From positions 24,046,213 through 24,110,212 of the forward strand of contig OZ234493.1 in the NCBI GenBank assembly GCA_965153455.1: a DNA stretch of 64,000 nt, in the 5' to 3' direction. Shown here piece by piece: positions 39,111-51,000 of this stretch. The notes beneath the pieces are model-generated. The model was not told where the DNA came from. It worked only from the letters and a program-made list of their open reading frames with translations, and did no database searches. Each line of letters opens with the position of its first letter. Within the stretch, counting starts at the first letter, position 1. The stretch is from Sphagnum compactum (Eukaryota). Position numbers and translations under genes: made by a program.

Positions 39111-40142
39111 CACCTTGATATAGATGGAAAATTTCATAATTGAAAATGTAAACATTTTTTTGCCCTACTTGTATAAACATTGAAACTTATAACATCAACT
39201 TTGAATATTACATTGCACAATAATGACATATATTAGCCATTTTTAACTCAAATGATTTTGTTGTACAAGATCATGGTTTATCATTTCCTTTCTTTTGGTA
39301 GATTTTGACAAATTACAATTTTCATAATTTCTTTTTGATACTAGGCAAAAATATATCAACAATTATAGACTTTTTCCAATTTAAATCAATCGATTATGTT
39401 TTTAAATCGGTGCATACACTTAAGGTCTCTTTCCATAAGGTTGTTGCTATCATAGTTGCACATGAAATACTCCAATGATAGAAAGATAATGGAAAGCAAT
39501 TAAAATCTTGCTAGATGCCTTGCGACATTAACAATCACTTTCCATTGGATAGCAATGATTGTTTTGAGAATTTATAATTGGTGAATGTTGAGATCATTCA
39601 GGATGAAAATAAAAAGTGACAACATTGCAAGGAACATTAAAAGGAATGTATGTTCCCATACAATGAAATCTAACAAATGTCATCTTCCAAATATCTCACA
39701 ATTCGTAGGTTGACTGAAAACTCTCACAACTTTGCATTTGGGTTAATGCTTGAGGTGATTGTGATAACTCTAATAATAATTAGAAGGAAAGATATAATGA
39801 AAAGGTCTGAAAGCGAAATTTGTGAAAAGCTATGATGTGATTGTGATAAGAACTAAAGGAGATGTAATGGAAAGTTGTTGTTAAAGCAAAATCAATGGCG
39901 GCAGGAACTAATGGAAAGAGACTCATTGGCAAGTCCTGCCCCAATTCAACAATGTGTTGAAGGAGTGCTTGAAGCATATCAGTGTAAGACATGCCACAAT
40001 CCTATTCTTCTTTTTCAATTAAAATTTTTGAGATTATGTTTCACAATTACAATAAATTCAAGATTCTTCATTGTGACAATAAAGTTATTTCCAAGGCACA
40101 ACAATGTTGCAAATTTTCACATTCTTTCAACTTGAAAAATAT

Positions 40143-40390
40143 GATTTTGACACATACAAAAGATTTGTGTGAAAAATTGGACCTTATTCACCAGATTTTG
40201 AAAAAAGAAATTTCAAATTATTACCAAAATTTCACAACAGGTTCCTGCAGGTAGCCAAAATACATAAAGATTATTTTTTTTAAAATTAAAACTTTCATAT
40301 CTGATGTATAGCCAAATTTGGCTAAATGTTCTTGTTAATGATCACCAGTTTGGCTACATCACAGAATTGAAAAAGAAAAGAAAAACACTG
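40143..40390 (-). repeat. Copy of the dispersed palindrome-bearing repeat directly upstream of the MIR408 promoter
   Basis: TAGCCAAATTTGGCTA at 40309-40324, tttggctacatcac, and terminus AAAAACACTG at 40381-40390. Confidence 0.75.
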
Positions 40391-40491
40391 AACAGTATGT
40401 GACTAGTCACTTGTTTTTTAGGTGCAGGTTTTCCTTTTCTTTCCTTTTAAAAAAATAAAATAAAAATCTTTTCCTTCTTTTTCCTAGATTT

Positions 40492-41137
40492 GTACCGGGG
40501 TCCAATCCCGCCTCTCCAACAGCTTCCACTCCGTTTCCATTTCACCTTCTTCCCTTAGTGGGGGGAAACTCCGCAAGTCGCAACTAAAACCAGGAATTCG
40601 TTGAGTCGTAGATTTTGTACTACCAACAGCACTGGGCTTGTACTACAGCAGCGATATTAGTACAACTCTCGCGCGACTCTATGTACTACTGCCGCTGCAA
40701 GTGCAATTGGGAGGCGTTTTGCACTCTGACCTAATTTGGAGCATAATTTTACTGTTATTATTAGTATGAGTATTATTTGTGTTGCGGTTTTGAAAGACTT
40801 TATGATCAGGGTTTTTTTTTTTTTTCTCAATTTTGCAATATAAAAAATTTGACGAAATTTTCCCCCAAAAAAAAATGAAAACTGTAAATTATGATCGAAT
40901 CCACGCTTTGAAGAAGAAGAAGAAGAAGAAGAGAGATCGCGGGTGGGAGGTTGGAGCTTGTGAGATATTTTTCCAAGATGGACCCAAAACGAAATTAAAT
41001 TAAAATTACAGCCAAAATTCTGGATTGTACTATCATGGTGTGTGAGATCATTGCTACTTTGTTTTTCGTTGTAATCTGTGTGTGTGTATTAATTATCATG
41101 TGTACTATCACACAATGTACTCCTGGAGTGCTAGTAC
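40492..41137 (+). promoter_or_regulatory. Cluster of nine GTAC copper-response cores (SPL7/CRR1-type SBP binding sites), putative MIR408 promoter
   Basis: GTAC at 40492, 40617, 40640, 40660, 40683, 41027, 41102, 41117 and 41134, mostly as TGTACT, in two tight groups 1.2-1.9 kb upstream of miR408. Further cores at 41433 and 41648. Confidence 0.75.
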
Positions 41138-42261
41138 TCTCAGCGGCGCATTTCATTTCTCGTGAGCTCAGATCATAAGTGAAGCAAGCACATTGCTGGG
41201 CTATTTGAAGGAAGTTGGAAGCGGAAGGAAATAAGTTGCCGCCGGGAATGGAGTGGAGTTGGAAATTTGTCCGTCGCGAGGTTTTCTCCTTTTTCTGCAG
41301 AGGAGAGTTGTAGCAGGGTTGGACTTGGTGTTGCAAGCTGCCTACCTAACGGGGGTTTTTTTTTCTCTCTGTTTTGGGTTTTTTTTTTTTTTTTTTTTTT
41401 TTCCCGGGGTGGCATTTTCTTACAAGTGGTGTGTACTTCACGAGGTGCTCATTGGCCAGGCATCGCTGCTGGTCTCTTTTGCACTACTGGTTTTCTTTAG
41501 AGCTTCGTCCTAGTAATATTCTATGGCAACTAGGAACATGAAGCATAGGAATCATGCATAAGCAACTTATCAACAAGTCTAGAAAATTGAGAACTTGTAA
41601 CAAGAGTCAAGATCATGCCAAATGTTTACGAAATTATATAAGTATATGTACAATTGTTTAGTTGCTGGAGATTTGGATTTTTGGACCAGCTGTCGTGCAC
41701 GGGAAGTGAATTTTGTTTGTAGAAGCTTGAGGTCATAAAGATCCCGAGCATTTGAAGTTGTGTAGAAATGCGAGCGTTCCATATTACTAGGAGAACAAAA
41801 AGTGTTTAGGAGCCCTGCTGCGATGCCTGACCTCTGGACTCTGCGTGCCTGTCCGTCGTCTTCACTGGATACCGAATGGAATGTCATACACCACATGAGC
41901 TTTTACTCAGCATCGATTGCTTCTCAAACTGATGATATCAAATCTCCACGAATTTGTCTTATGCACATCACCGTTGCAGGGTGAGTGAAATCAGCGTCCG
42001 CTAGTGATCTCGATGGATAGATTAGGGCATACTTTCTTTTGACATTTAAGCCGCTTCTGGATCCTGATGAAATTTGCCACCGAGTCCTCGTTTGCATGAT
42101 CTCTCTCTGCGCGGAAGCCACGCTGGATGCAAAATCTATTCTACAGCTCGAGAGGCTGTAGCCGCGGGTTCTCACAGAGAAACAACGAAGACATTCATGA
42201 GAGGGCCGCCCCGGGGACGCCTAATTGTTTGGGGTAGAGCTTTAAAATTGGGGGGAAAATT

Positions 42262-42383
42262 GGGAGGAAGAAGCAGGAAGCCAGTGTGGGGCAATGCATG
42301 ATAAGGACAGGTGTAGGAAGTGTCTATGTCTGTCGTCCTCATGCACTGCCTCTTCCCTGGCTTTCGCTTTTTTTTTCCCTCCC
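42262..42383 (+). ncRNA. MIR408: pre-miR408 hairpin; mature miR408 AUGCACUGCCUCUUCCCUGGC at 42341-42361 on the 3' arm
   Basis: Exact match to the conserved plant miR408 sequence. The 5' arm agccagtgtggggcaatgcatga (42279-42301) pairs with it. The upper stem is gacaggtgtag/ctatgtctgtc and the lower stem pairs purine-rich gggaggaagaagc with gctttttttttccctccc. Confidence 0.95.
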
Positions 42384-45300
42384 TTCTCTCTTCTTCACTC
42401 CCGATTCATCAATCTCTTCGTCGATGGGCTCTCAGAGAAAGTTATAGGTATGTATCTCATGCTCATATGTAACAAGGGAATGTCATTATTACTGTCTCTC
42501 TTTTTGAGTCCTGAAGCCTGGCATGTTTGTATAATAAATTATAGCAAGGAACATACAAAAGTCATGGCTTCTAGTATATTACTCGTCAAGCAGATTCCAA
42601 GATCACAAAAGTTAATTTCAATCCTGAAAATCCTGTCTATTAACTGCATTGTTGTTATCACAAATTAATTTCAGGATTCCTGATAGATGAAGAACCAACA
42701 TTAATAATCATGAGCAGAGATCGGCATGACAAACTTTAGCTAAAACTAGGGATGTGCCAAGGGACTGTATGTACGGTGGTTCTTTGATGCAGTTGTCTCT
42801 ATGTTGTCTCTGTTACATTATGATATCAGAATGAATTAGTCAATCTATGAAGTATTCACCTCTCTGTACATCAATCAGGCTTGCTTATAGTACCATTTCC
42901 ATCCCCAAGTCTTCCTTTGTTGCAGTAGGAGTCTACTACAGATTGTGTTTAAAACTGTACAAAATAAGAAAATTTCTCCTTGGATTTCTTGAAGGATCTA
43001 GAAGTGGATACCTAGTCTGGGGATTGAAGTCTGAGAAGTTGAATTTCGCTGGGCACACAAAAGATAATGGCAGCTGTAAAGTACACATTTTGTCTGTGAG
43101 GAAAGAATCAAGGGGCACACATCTTGGTGTCATGTCGCAATGTGTTTAACTCGTCAAAGGGTATGACTGCACTCGTTGTCATGCTATCTTAACAACCTTG
43201 TAACAGAGATTCTGCAATCTCAGACATTATCTGATCCTTTGAGCCATTTGTACATTCATTCAAGGAGAGTGAGGTTGGGAAATTTTCTAAAGAAAGGGCA
43301 GCTGGGTAGGAATTTGGAAATATATGTCTCACATAATTGCATTGGTCATCCCCTCAAATTTGGAAGCATTCTGCAACAGTATACTGAATCAAAAGGCACA
43401 TAGAGCACCCTGTATCTGGGAATTGTTGTACTTTGGACCCAGCTTTATGCACTGTTCTTAAACACCAGGTATAGTAGCAATACATCCAGTGTGGTAGCAG
43501 AATTCGTGAGGACTCCAACCCCATCAACGACCAAACACTCAGCATACCATCTTCTACAATACTTCAAAAAGAGGGGAATGTAGGCAATTTCAAATGACCA
43601 AAATTAAATTACTCACAGAAGACCAGATATCTTAGAGAAACCAAACACCCAACATTAAGCACAATTGTTTTGTCTGAGGTGACTGACATTACCGGCCTCG
43701 TATCCTGGTTTGAAGTTTTAAGAACCATGGGAAAAAATCTTGTTGCCGAGTGTTCTGCATTACCCATCCTTAGAGGCTATTAGTGTTGTCTCTCTGAATA
43801 ATCCTGGAGGTGTGCTCCATATGATAGTTGCAAATTGGAAAGGGAGAAGAACATGTCTTATGGAGTTCAAATGCAGCATCCATAGTGATGTGCAAATGTG
43901 CAGATGTGATGTTGGGTGGGGTAGGGGGGGAGGAAACCAACACATGCTAACAGAGTCCTTTGGCCAAAAAACTAATTTCATTTTCTCGACATAGGGAAAC
44001 GAACCTTCAGAAAATCAGAGCTCCAAATTACTTGCAAGAGGTGACAACCAGTGTTGGGCAGTTTTAGACTTTTATGAAGAAGCTCCAGTTCTCGTTCAAA
44101 AACAAATTATTGCCATATCACACTGCTGGCAACAGTACTGAGTAACATGGAGGGCTTTGCATGTGAATTCACAAACCTTCATTGGTGCCACTGGTATTTA
44201 CACCATTCGTAGTGACCCTTACAACCGGCAGTCGCTTGAAAAAAGAAAACTGATAAATTGGTGGGGTCACATAAGAAAAGTATTACCAACATCCAATAAG
44301 AGATTTTTTTTAAGAATACCTCATCTCAAAAATCTATGAAACTTCAAAAAAAATAATCAAAAATAAATTTGCTCCAAACTTGAAAGTGAGGACAATTTTT
44401 GGCCTCGCCTATCCTGGCAATGATATTGTGTTTAGATTCATTATAGAGTATAGTAGCTTAAGGGATTTTGGCCCCTAGGTAATAGGTCTATTTTTATAGG
44501 ACTTTTGAAAGATGATATTGTGGCTTGTGATGAAACTTGAGATTAGTTATAGACTTATAATATCTTGAAGGATGCTGGTTTCTTTTGGAGGATTTTTTGA
44601 AGATTATAGTTTTGCATGGTGAAATATTTGAGTTTTCATAATTCTTCTTTTGCCTTATAGATACTTTTAGGGTAGATAGGCTGGTAACTGAACATATAAG
44701 TACTAAATTGAATGTGATGCACTGGTCAGCATTTTTTTGGTCATGAGGTCTGAAGACAAAAAGTGCCCCATCTCTTGGCGCACCTATAGCAACTTAGATC
44801 ACCAAATTTGGTGTAGATATAATGAAAATATGCCTCCCTAAAGACATGTGGGGTACATTTGCCGAGAAAAAACCATAACAAAGACTTGTCAACCCCATTC
44901 ACAAACACTTTGCACCTTGTAATTGCATGTTTAATATTTGGAAAATGAATGAACTTCACTTATAGATGAATTGGATGAAACTGAAAACCAATTTATTTTC
45001 TTTGTAAAAATGGTTCCAATAATCTGTTAGCTCAGATCTCCCAAAAAAATGGTTATGAAAATCTATAATTATGGGTAAGGCCATGTTTGAGTAATTAAAA
45101 AAACTCAAGCAATGCCACATGTTAGGGTTTTAGGTTCAAGCTAGGATCCTTTTTTACAGTTTTGACTGAATTTGTGCTCCCTCTTTGCTTCCTAGCATGA
45201 CTATTCAATGTTTGCAACAATTTTCATCCCCTTCCAAAACTATTGTTTTTTTTTTGTTTATTGCATTGGACGAAAGTTCTCACTCTTCTTCTCGTTTGTT

Positions 45301-45419
45301 TGTAAATATGGTTACACAAAAGAATTATGTGTTGGTGACCTCTTGCTCCTCTTCCGTTCATCTTCTTCCAACAACATTATGTGGTAATTTTTCTGCGAGG
45401 ATTTTTGCTAGTAATCATA

Positions 45420-46640
45420 CTTGAGCTTTTGGCTCCCTCTTGTTTGTGTTCATCCCCTTCATGGTTGTGATTGTCTCCTTGACCTTTAGCACTATTCTTG
45501 GTCCAGTTCATCCCCCTTCCTTAGTCCGTCTTCTTCATTGAGCTTTGGCGTTTTTCTTGGAGTAGTTTATCCCCTTTTAGTTGTGTTCATTTTCTTTGTT
45601 GAACTTTGGTTCCCTTCCTAATCTTGTCCCCTTCCCCAGTCGTGATCAGCTTCTTCATTGAGCTCCACCTCTCTCCTAGTCATGTTCATTTTCTTTGTTG
45701 AAATATGGTACCCTTCCTATTCTTGTCCCCCCCCTCAAATTGTGATTGTTTTTTTCGTTGAGTGTTATTTCCCTTGTTTAGTTTGTTCCCCCCCCCACCT
45801 AATCTTGATTGTCTTCTATGTTGAGCCTTGGTGGATTTCCTGCTCTATTCCCCCCACCTTGGTTGTGATCGTCTTCTTTGTTGAGTGTCAACTCCTTTGT
45901 CTAGTTCATCGTCCTTTCACTTGGTCTTGATCGTCTTCTTTGTTGAAAGCTTTGGTGAATTTTGTGCTCCTATTCCCTCGCCTTAATTGTGATCATTTTT
46001 TTCATTGAGTGTCAATTCCCCTGTCCAATTCATCCCCCCCCACCTAGTCTTGATCATCTTCTTTGTTAAGTTTTGTTGAACTTTGGTGAGCTTCATGCTC
46101 ATGTTCCCCCTTCCCACCCACATCGTGATCTTCTTCGTTGAAAGCTCAAGCTCCCTTGTTTAGTTCATCCCCCCCCCACCCCCCCCACACCTAGTCTTGA
46201 CCGTCTTCTTTGTTGATCTTCATGTTCTTGTCCTCCCCCTCGGTCATGATCGTTTTCTTTATTGAGAACTCAAGCTCCTTCTTAGTCTAGCTTGTCCCCC
46301 CTATCTTGATCATCCCTTTCTTGGTGGTGATTGTTTTCTTCCTAGTGATCCAACTCTTGAGCTTTTGAACCCCCCTTCTAGTCTTATTCGTCCCCTTCTT
46401 AGTGGTAATCATCTTCTTCTTGGTGATCCAGTTCCTTGAGCTCTTAAACCCCCTTCATGGTCCTATTCATTCCCTTCTTAATGGTGGTATTTTTCTTCCT
46501 AGTGATCCTTTTTGAGCATGGCTCCTTTTCTGGTCCTATTTGTCCCCTTCTTGATCATGATTATCTTCTTCCTAGCGATTCTCCTTGAGCTCTGGCTCCC
46601 CCTTCCTGTTCCAATTCGCCCTTCGCCCCCCACCCCCCTT
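45420..46640. repeat. Degenerate pyrimidine-rich tandem array (~50-60 bp units)
   Basis: Recurrent units of the form gatcgtcttctttgttgag...ctagttcatccccccc...tcttgatc. No intact long ORF. Confidence 0.75.
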
Positions 46641-46779
46641 CCTCAATGTTAGTCTTAATCATTGGGAGAAGGGTTGTTCACCCTTGTTGTAACATGCCCC
46701 TTAGCTTTCACTCGAACTACTCCCCTTGCTATTGCCTCCCTTTGAGTTTCCATTTCATAGCCAAGGTTAACCCTTCTAT

Positions 46780-47720
46780 ATAATAAAAGATGTGCCCTTA
46801 GCCAAACTACAAAGTTCTTATGAAACCTATTTCCAACTTTTTTTACAATAGTTACAGATTAGTTTGCATTGAATATCACAACATTGCCTTTGCACGCTTG
46901 TTTAGTAACCTTTGAGCTACTCTCTTAGCCCACAGAAAGGGAGTCAACAACTTGATGGGCCCTCTTATCCTCCTTTTTTTTTTTTTTTTTTGTTTGATTA
47001 TTTATGCTGCTTCCTTGGCTAAGGTTTTTTGTTGCAAAATGCTAGAGTACTCACTTGATGTTACTACATATGATTGGCTATAGTCCATTAATGGTTCTTT
47101 CCCTCTTGTTTTCCTTGCAGGCATATGTGGCAAAGAAAAAAAATTTGCAAAAGATATTGACTTTTGGGCTATTATGACAAGATGATGAACTTGTCGCATT
47201 TCAATTATAGGTTCATTTGCATTAGTAGTTAGATCATAGATCATTTTTATCTACAGCAATAGGGCTCTTAGGTTCCTCCACATAGTACCTCACATTTGAT
47301 TATTCATGTTCATCTACTTCTAGACTTTCAAGCTCTTGTAATGTTGTTGTTATGTTTTCAGCTATGTAGTAACTCCATCTTTTCCCCACTACTTTTGCCC
47401 ATTAGTTATATCATTAAAACCATCATTGTTTTCATCTAAGATGTTTATAGGTGTTGTGTAAACTTCAAATGGTTTGGTCTTGTGATCCATTGCCTTTGGA
47501 TTCAAAAACCAAATTCATGTAACCCTAAACCCAATTTTGATTTTTTTTTGGACAATGATTGGTCCCAACTTTTATCTACTTAGCTAGTTATTGTGCACTT
47601 GTTTGGCTCACGGTGATTATTCTTAACCATTACATTATCTTTTTTTTTTTTAAAAGTAGTTTTGAATGGCTTGAAACAACTTAGATCTAAGGTTTGTAGA
47701 GCATGAGATGTGTGAGACGG
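46780..47720 (-). mobile_element. pogo/Tc1-mariner (DDE_1-type) transposase remnant, C-terminal part
   Basis: Minus strand reads PSHTSHALQTLDLSCFKPFKTTFK at 47720-47650 (DDE_1 motif LPSHTSH.LQPLD...FKP.K), then IKIGFRVT*IWFLNPKAM, then ORF 47002-47244 (SLPHMPARKTRGKEPLMDYSQSYVVTS). Confidence 0.75.
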
Positions 47721-48631
47721 TGACACACCCCAAACCCCTTGAAAGACTCAAATGTGAGTCTCCAAATGAAAATAGTGGAAGAAAAAAAAGTTCGGTACGT
47801 TCCCTAATTCGCAGCACTTCGGGGGTAAAAGGGGCGTGCTGGAACTTCGAGATGGGACTAGGATGAATGACAAACCGATCAATTATTCATATGGACCTAC
47901 ACAAACCAAACAACAAGTTGATTAGTGCATAATTGGAACATTTTTGATGCATGGATGAGCCATGAACATACACAAACTCATAAAACTCTCTACAGCCCGA
48001 ACTTGGGGGAAACCACCACCTTCCCCCTTATAATATTCTCTATGACTAGCCACAGGAGCTGCACCCAAATGTCATTTTTCTTGGGACTCCCAAGTCGGGA
48101 GTCTCGAAATTGGGACTTCCAACACTTTGGAAGCTCGTAATTTCTTTTGTAAACCTCTGATTAAAATGAGGTCTAAAGCAAAGTTGTACCCCTCATCGAG
48201 AACTTTCCAAATTCGATTTTTTTTCAGATATGTGGCACGCTACCTGCATGCAAGTAAATTAATGTGATTTTTGACTTTTAGTGTTGGGGAATCAAATTGA
48301 CACTTTGATTCCCGACTTTTATTTTGGCTATAACTTATGTCATAAGTATTCAAATGAAGCATGCGAGCCTATTTTAAACATCTAAGTCTCAAGAGCTTTC
48401 CAATGGTAGAAGGAATTTTTGAATCTAATAAATTTTGACCCTTGAAATACCTCTTTGAAAATTTGAGACTCCATAGTGATTTTAACTCCCAAAGCGAGAG
48501 TCCACTTGGGAATGTGTGGGTTCATTCCCTCACATTTTTAGAAATGCAAATGTGACTCACAGGTTGCACTTTCGACCTGCACCTTTCCATGTTGTTGCCT
48601 TGGTGGTGAGCCCGAGGCGAAGGTCGTGACA
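47721..48631 (-). mobile_element. LTR-like segment (probable solo LTR) abutting the pogo remnant
   Basis: Reads TGTCACGACCTTCGCCTCGGGCTCACCACCAAGG...GGTGTGTCA on the minus strand, giving TG...CA termini. It truncates the DDE_1 frame exactly at 47720/47721. No matching TSD seen. Confidence 0.55.
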
Positions 48632-50169
48632 TAAGCTGTAGGAAACTTTGGACTTCATCTTCTACAACCTTGGATAGTGAGGACATTCTTACAATGATGC
48701 TTAAGAAAATTTAAGAAGCTTTCTAATTTTTGAAGTGTATATTTCTAATATGATTTACAAAGTTCTAATTTTTAATTTTGGCGGGAATCCAATACCCTTG
48801 TGCAAATGTACATGATTTTTATAATCATTTATTTGTTATCTTTTAGGATGCAAAGATTTTGTTTTGTATTGAGTGTTAAGACCTTGTTGGGGCACTTAAG
48901 AGATTGTTTGTACTTTAAAACCCTAATTTTTAAAAATATTGTTTTAAATGACTTGCGAGTAAACAATATGTCCTTGTAAAGTGGGCTGAAATAACCTTTT
49001 TTGTTGGGCTGTTATACACCCTAGACCAATTACTTGGTTCCACCAATGGGACAATTTATTTTTGTTACATGCACCCTTAAACCCCCAATACCAAACACTT
49101 ATGTTTGATGAGTTGAATGATTTTTTTTATAAGTGGTTTGCAACTCACATATGAGTGCATAGCTCATTTGTATAAGTGCAATGTGGTCTATGATCACCAC
49201 CTACATCTTTAATATAAGTGTAGTGCAAAGAGTAAAAATTGCTATTACCAAAAATTATTTCTACCAAAAGAATTCGGCTTCATTTTATTTCAGGTTCTGA
49301 AAATTAGATCTGGTTCCAGGTAACCCGGACTCAAACCGGCAGCTAACTTGTGTTAGCCCTTACTTCTAAGTTTTTTTTTCAATTTTTATTGCCCCAAGCT
49401 AATGGACGTGCATGTGTAGATTTTGAGTGCACCCATCCAACAACTGACGGGTTGTTTTGAAGTTCGCACATATACTTGTTGAGTTTCTTCTCAAAATATG
49501 AATGTTGGGTAATTGATTTAATCATGCCTCTATATCATTTTATTTTTTGAGTTATCACTTTTTTTTGATCATGAGGTTTCATATCACTATGAAATGTAAA
49601 AAACAATTCATACGATTTAAATTTTTTTTAAATGAATTTTTTTTATAAACATAAAAATAATTAGCTTCAATTCCTTTAAATTTTTATTAAAATGATATTC
49701 TTAAAAAATTGATTTGAAAATTATGCAAGAATTGATTAAAATAAAACATGTCAATTTTTAAATAAATCAGAATTTTAATATAAAATTCTTTTTTGAGATA
49801 TAAATGTTTTTAATTAATTTGATGTTATTTTTAAATCTTTAATAAGGCTTTATGAAGATCTAATTAAAAAATCATAATGAAATTAATTTTAATTGATGAA
49901 CTTTTTTGTATTGTTGTTATTTTTTACGTTTATAAAATTTATTATTGCCCTTTGCTATTTTGTCGGAAAACTTTACCAAATTCTCAATATTACAAAATAA
50001 ACCTTGGTTTCAATCCTCAAAAGTGAGAAAACAGATAGTTAAAATAGTGCAAATTGATTAGATAGTATAAATATCTTCTATATATTGTTCCAAATTCCAA
50101 TATGTAGGTAAAAACATATAAAGACGATTAAATCTTGCACTTTCATAAATGATTTAACCATATCTGACT

Positions 50170-50220
50170 AAATATTCCTATGTGTGATGGTCACTTTGGC
50201 TACATCACAAAATTCATGAA
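50170..50220 (-). repeat. Decayed fragment of the dispersed palindrome-bearing repeat
   Basis: gatggtcactttggctacatcacaaaatt matches 40340-40370 and the reverse complement of 11841-11860. Confidence 0.55.
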
Positions 50221-50479
50221 ACAACCATTCATGGGTACCTATTGCATTTGTTTGTTTGGAGGGCATCATTTTGTCACATAATTATAAATGAAATAAATTT
50301 GATTGTCGACTCCAACTTGTTCATAAATATTGTAATTTTGACAATTGATGAATATTTTAATCTTACTTAAGAAATGAAATAAACATCTTTGTTTATATTT
50401 GCAAATATTTTTTATTTTAAAAACAATTCAAGAAATTTTTGGTGGTTTAAATTTATTTTTCTTATTTATTTTGAGTGAA

Positions 50480-51000
50480 TTTACAATCAAATAGCCCTTA
50501 AGTATCCCATAACTTAGGTAGTCCCTATGTAACACCCTAAGTAGTTCCTATGTAATTCCTTATGTAAGCTTTTGATAGTCCTTATTTTAAATACCCATAA
50601 TCTAGGTAGGCCCTTTAAATGGTTTTTAAGTAATCTTTAAATAACCCCTAGATTATTTAAATAGTCTTTAAGTATCTTTTAATATAAGAAAAATGTTTAT
50701 AACCATTTAGATTGGCTTTATGTAACTTCTTAAGTAGCATCTAGGGAGGCCCCTCAATAGTTTTAAAATAATCTTTAGGTAGCCCTTAAGTAGGCCCCTT
50801 AAATAGCTTTATGTAGCTCCCCATGTAAGCTTTTCATTGTCCCTATCCTCCATAGGTAGGTGGGTAAATAGGTAGGTAGCCCATGGGTAGGTAGGTGGGT
50901 AACCCCTAGTTTAATGGGGAATTAGGTAAGCCTTAACCTAATTAATCCCTACCTAGGTGTTTCTTAATTTATGTGGCCATAACCTAGTTAGACTATAATT
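50480..51000. repeat. Degenerate short tandem repeats (taagtagccc/taggtagg), probably transposon subterminal sequence
   Basis: Recurrent ttaagtagcccct, taggtaggccc and ggtaggtagg units. Confidence 0.55.

Noticed and set aside
41490..41555. Small hairpin (gcttcgtcctagt...actaggaacatgaagc) as a second clustered miRNA
   Set aside because: The stem is short and bulged, with no match to a miRNA I recognise.
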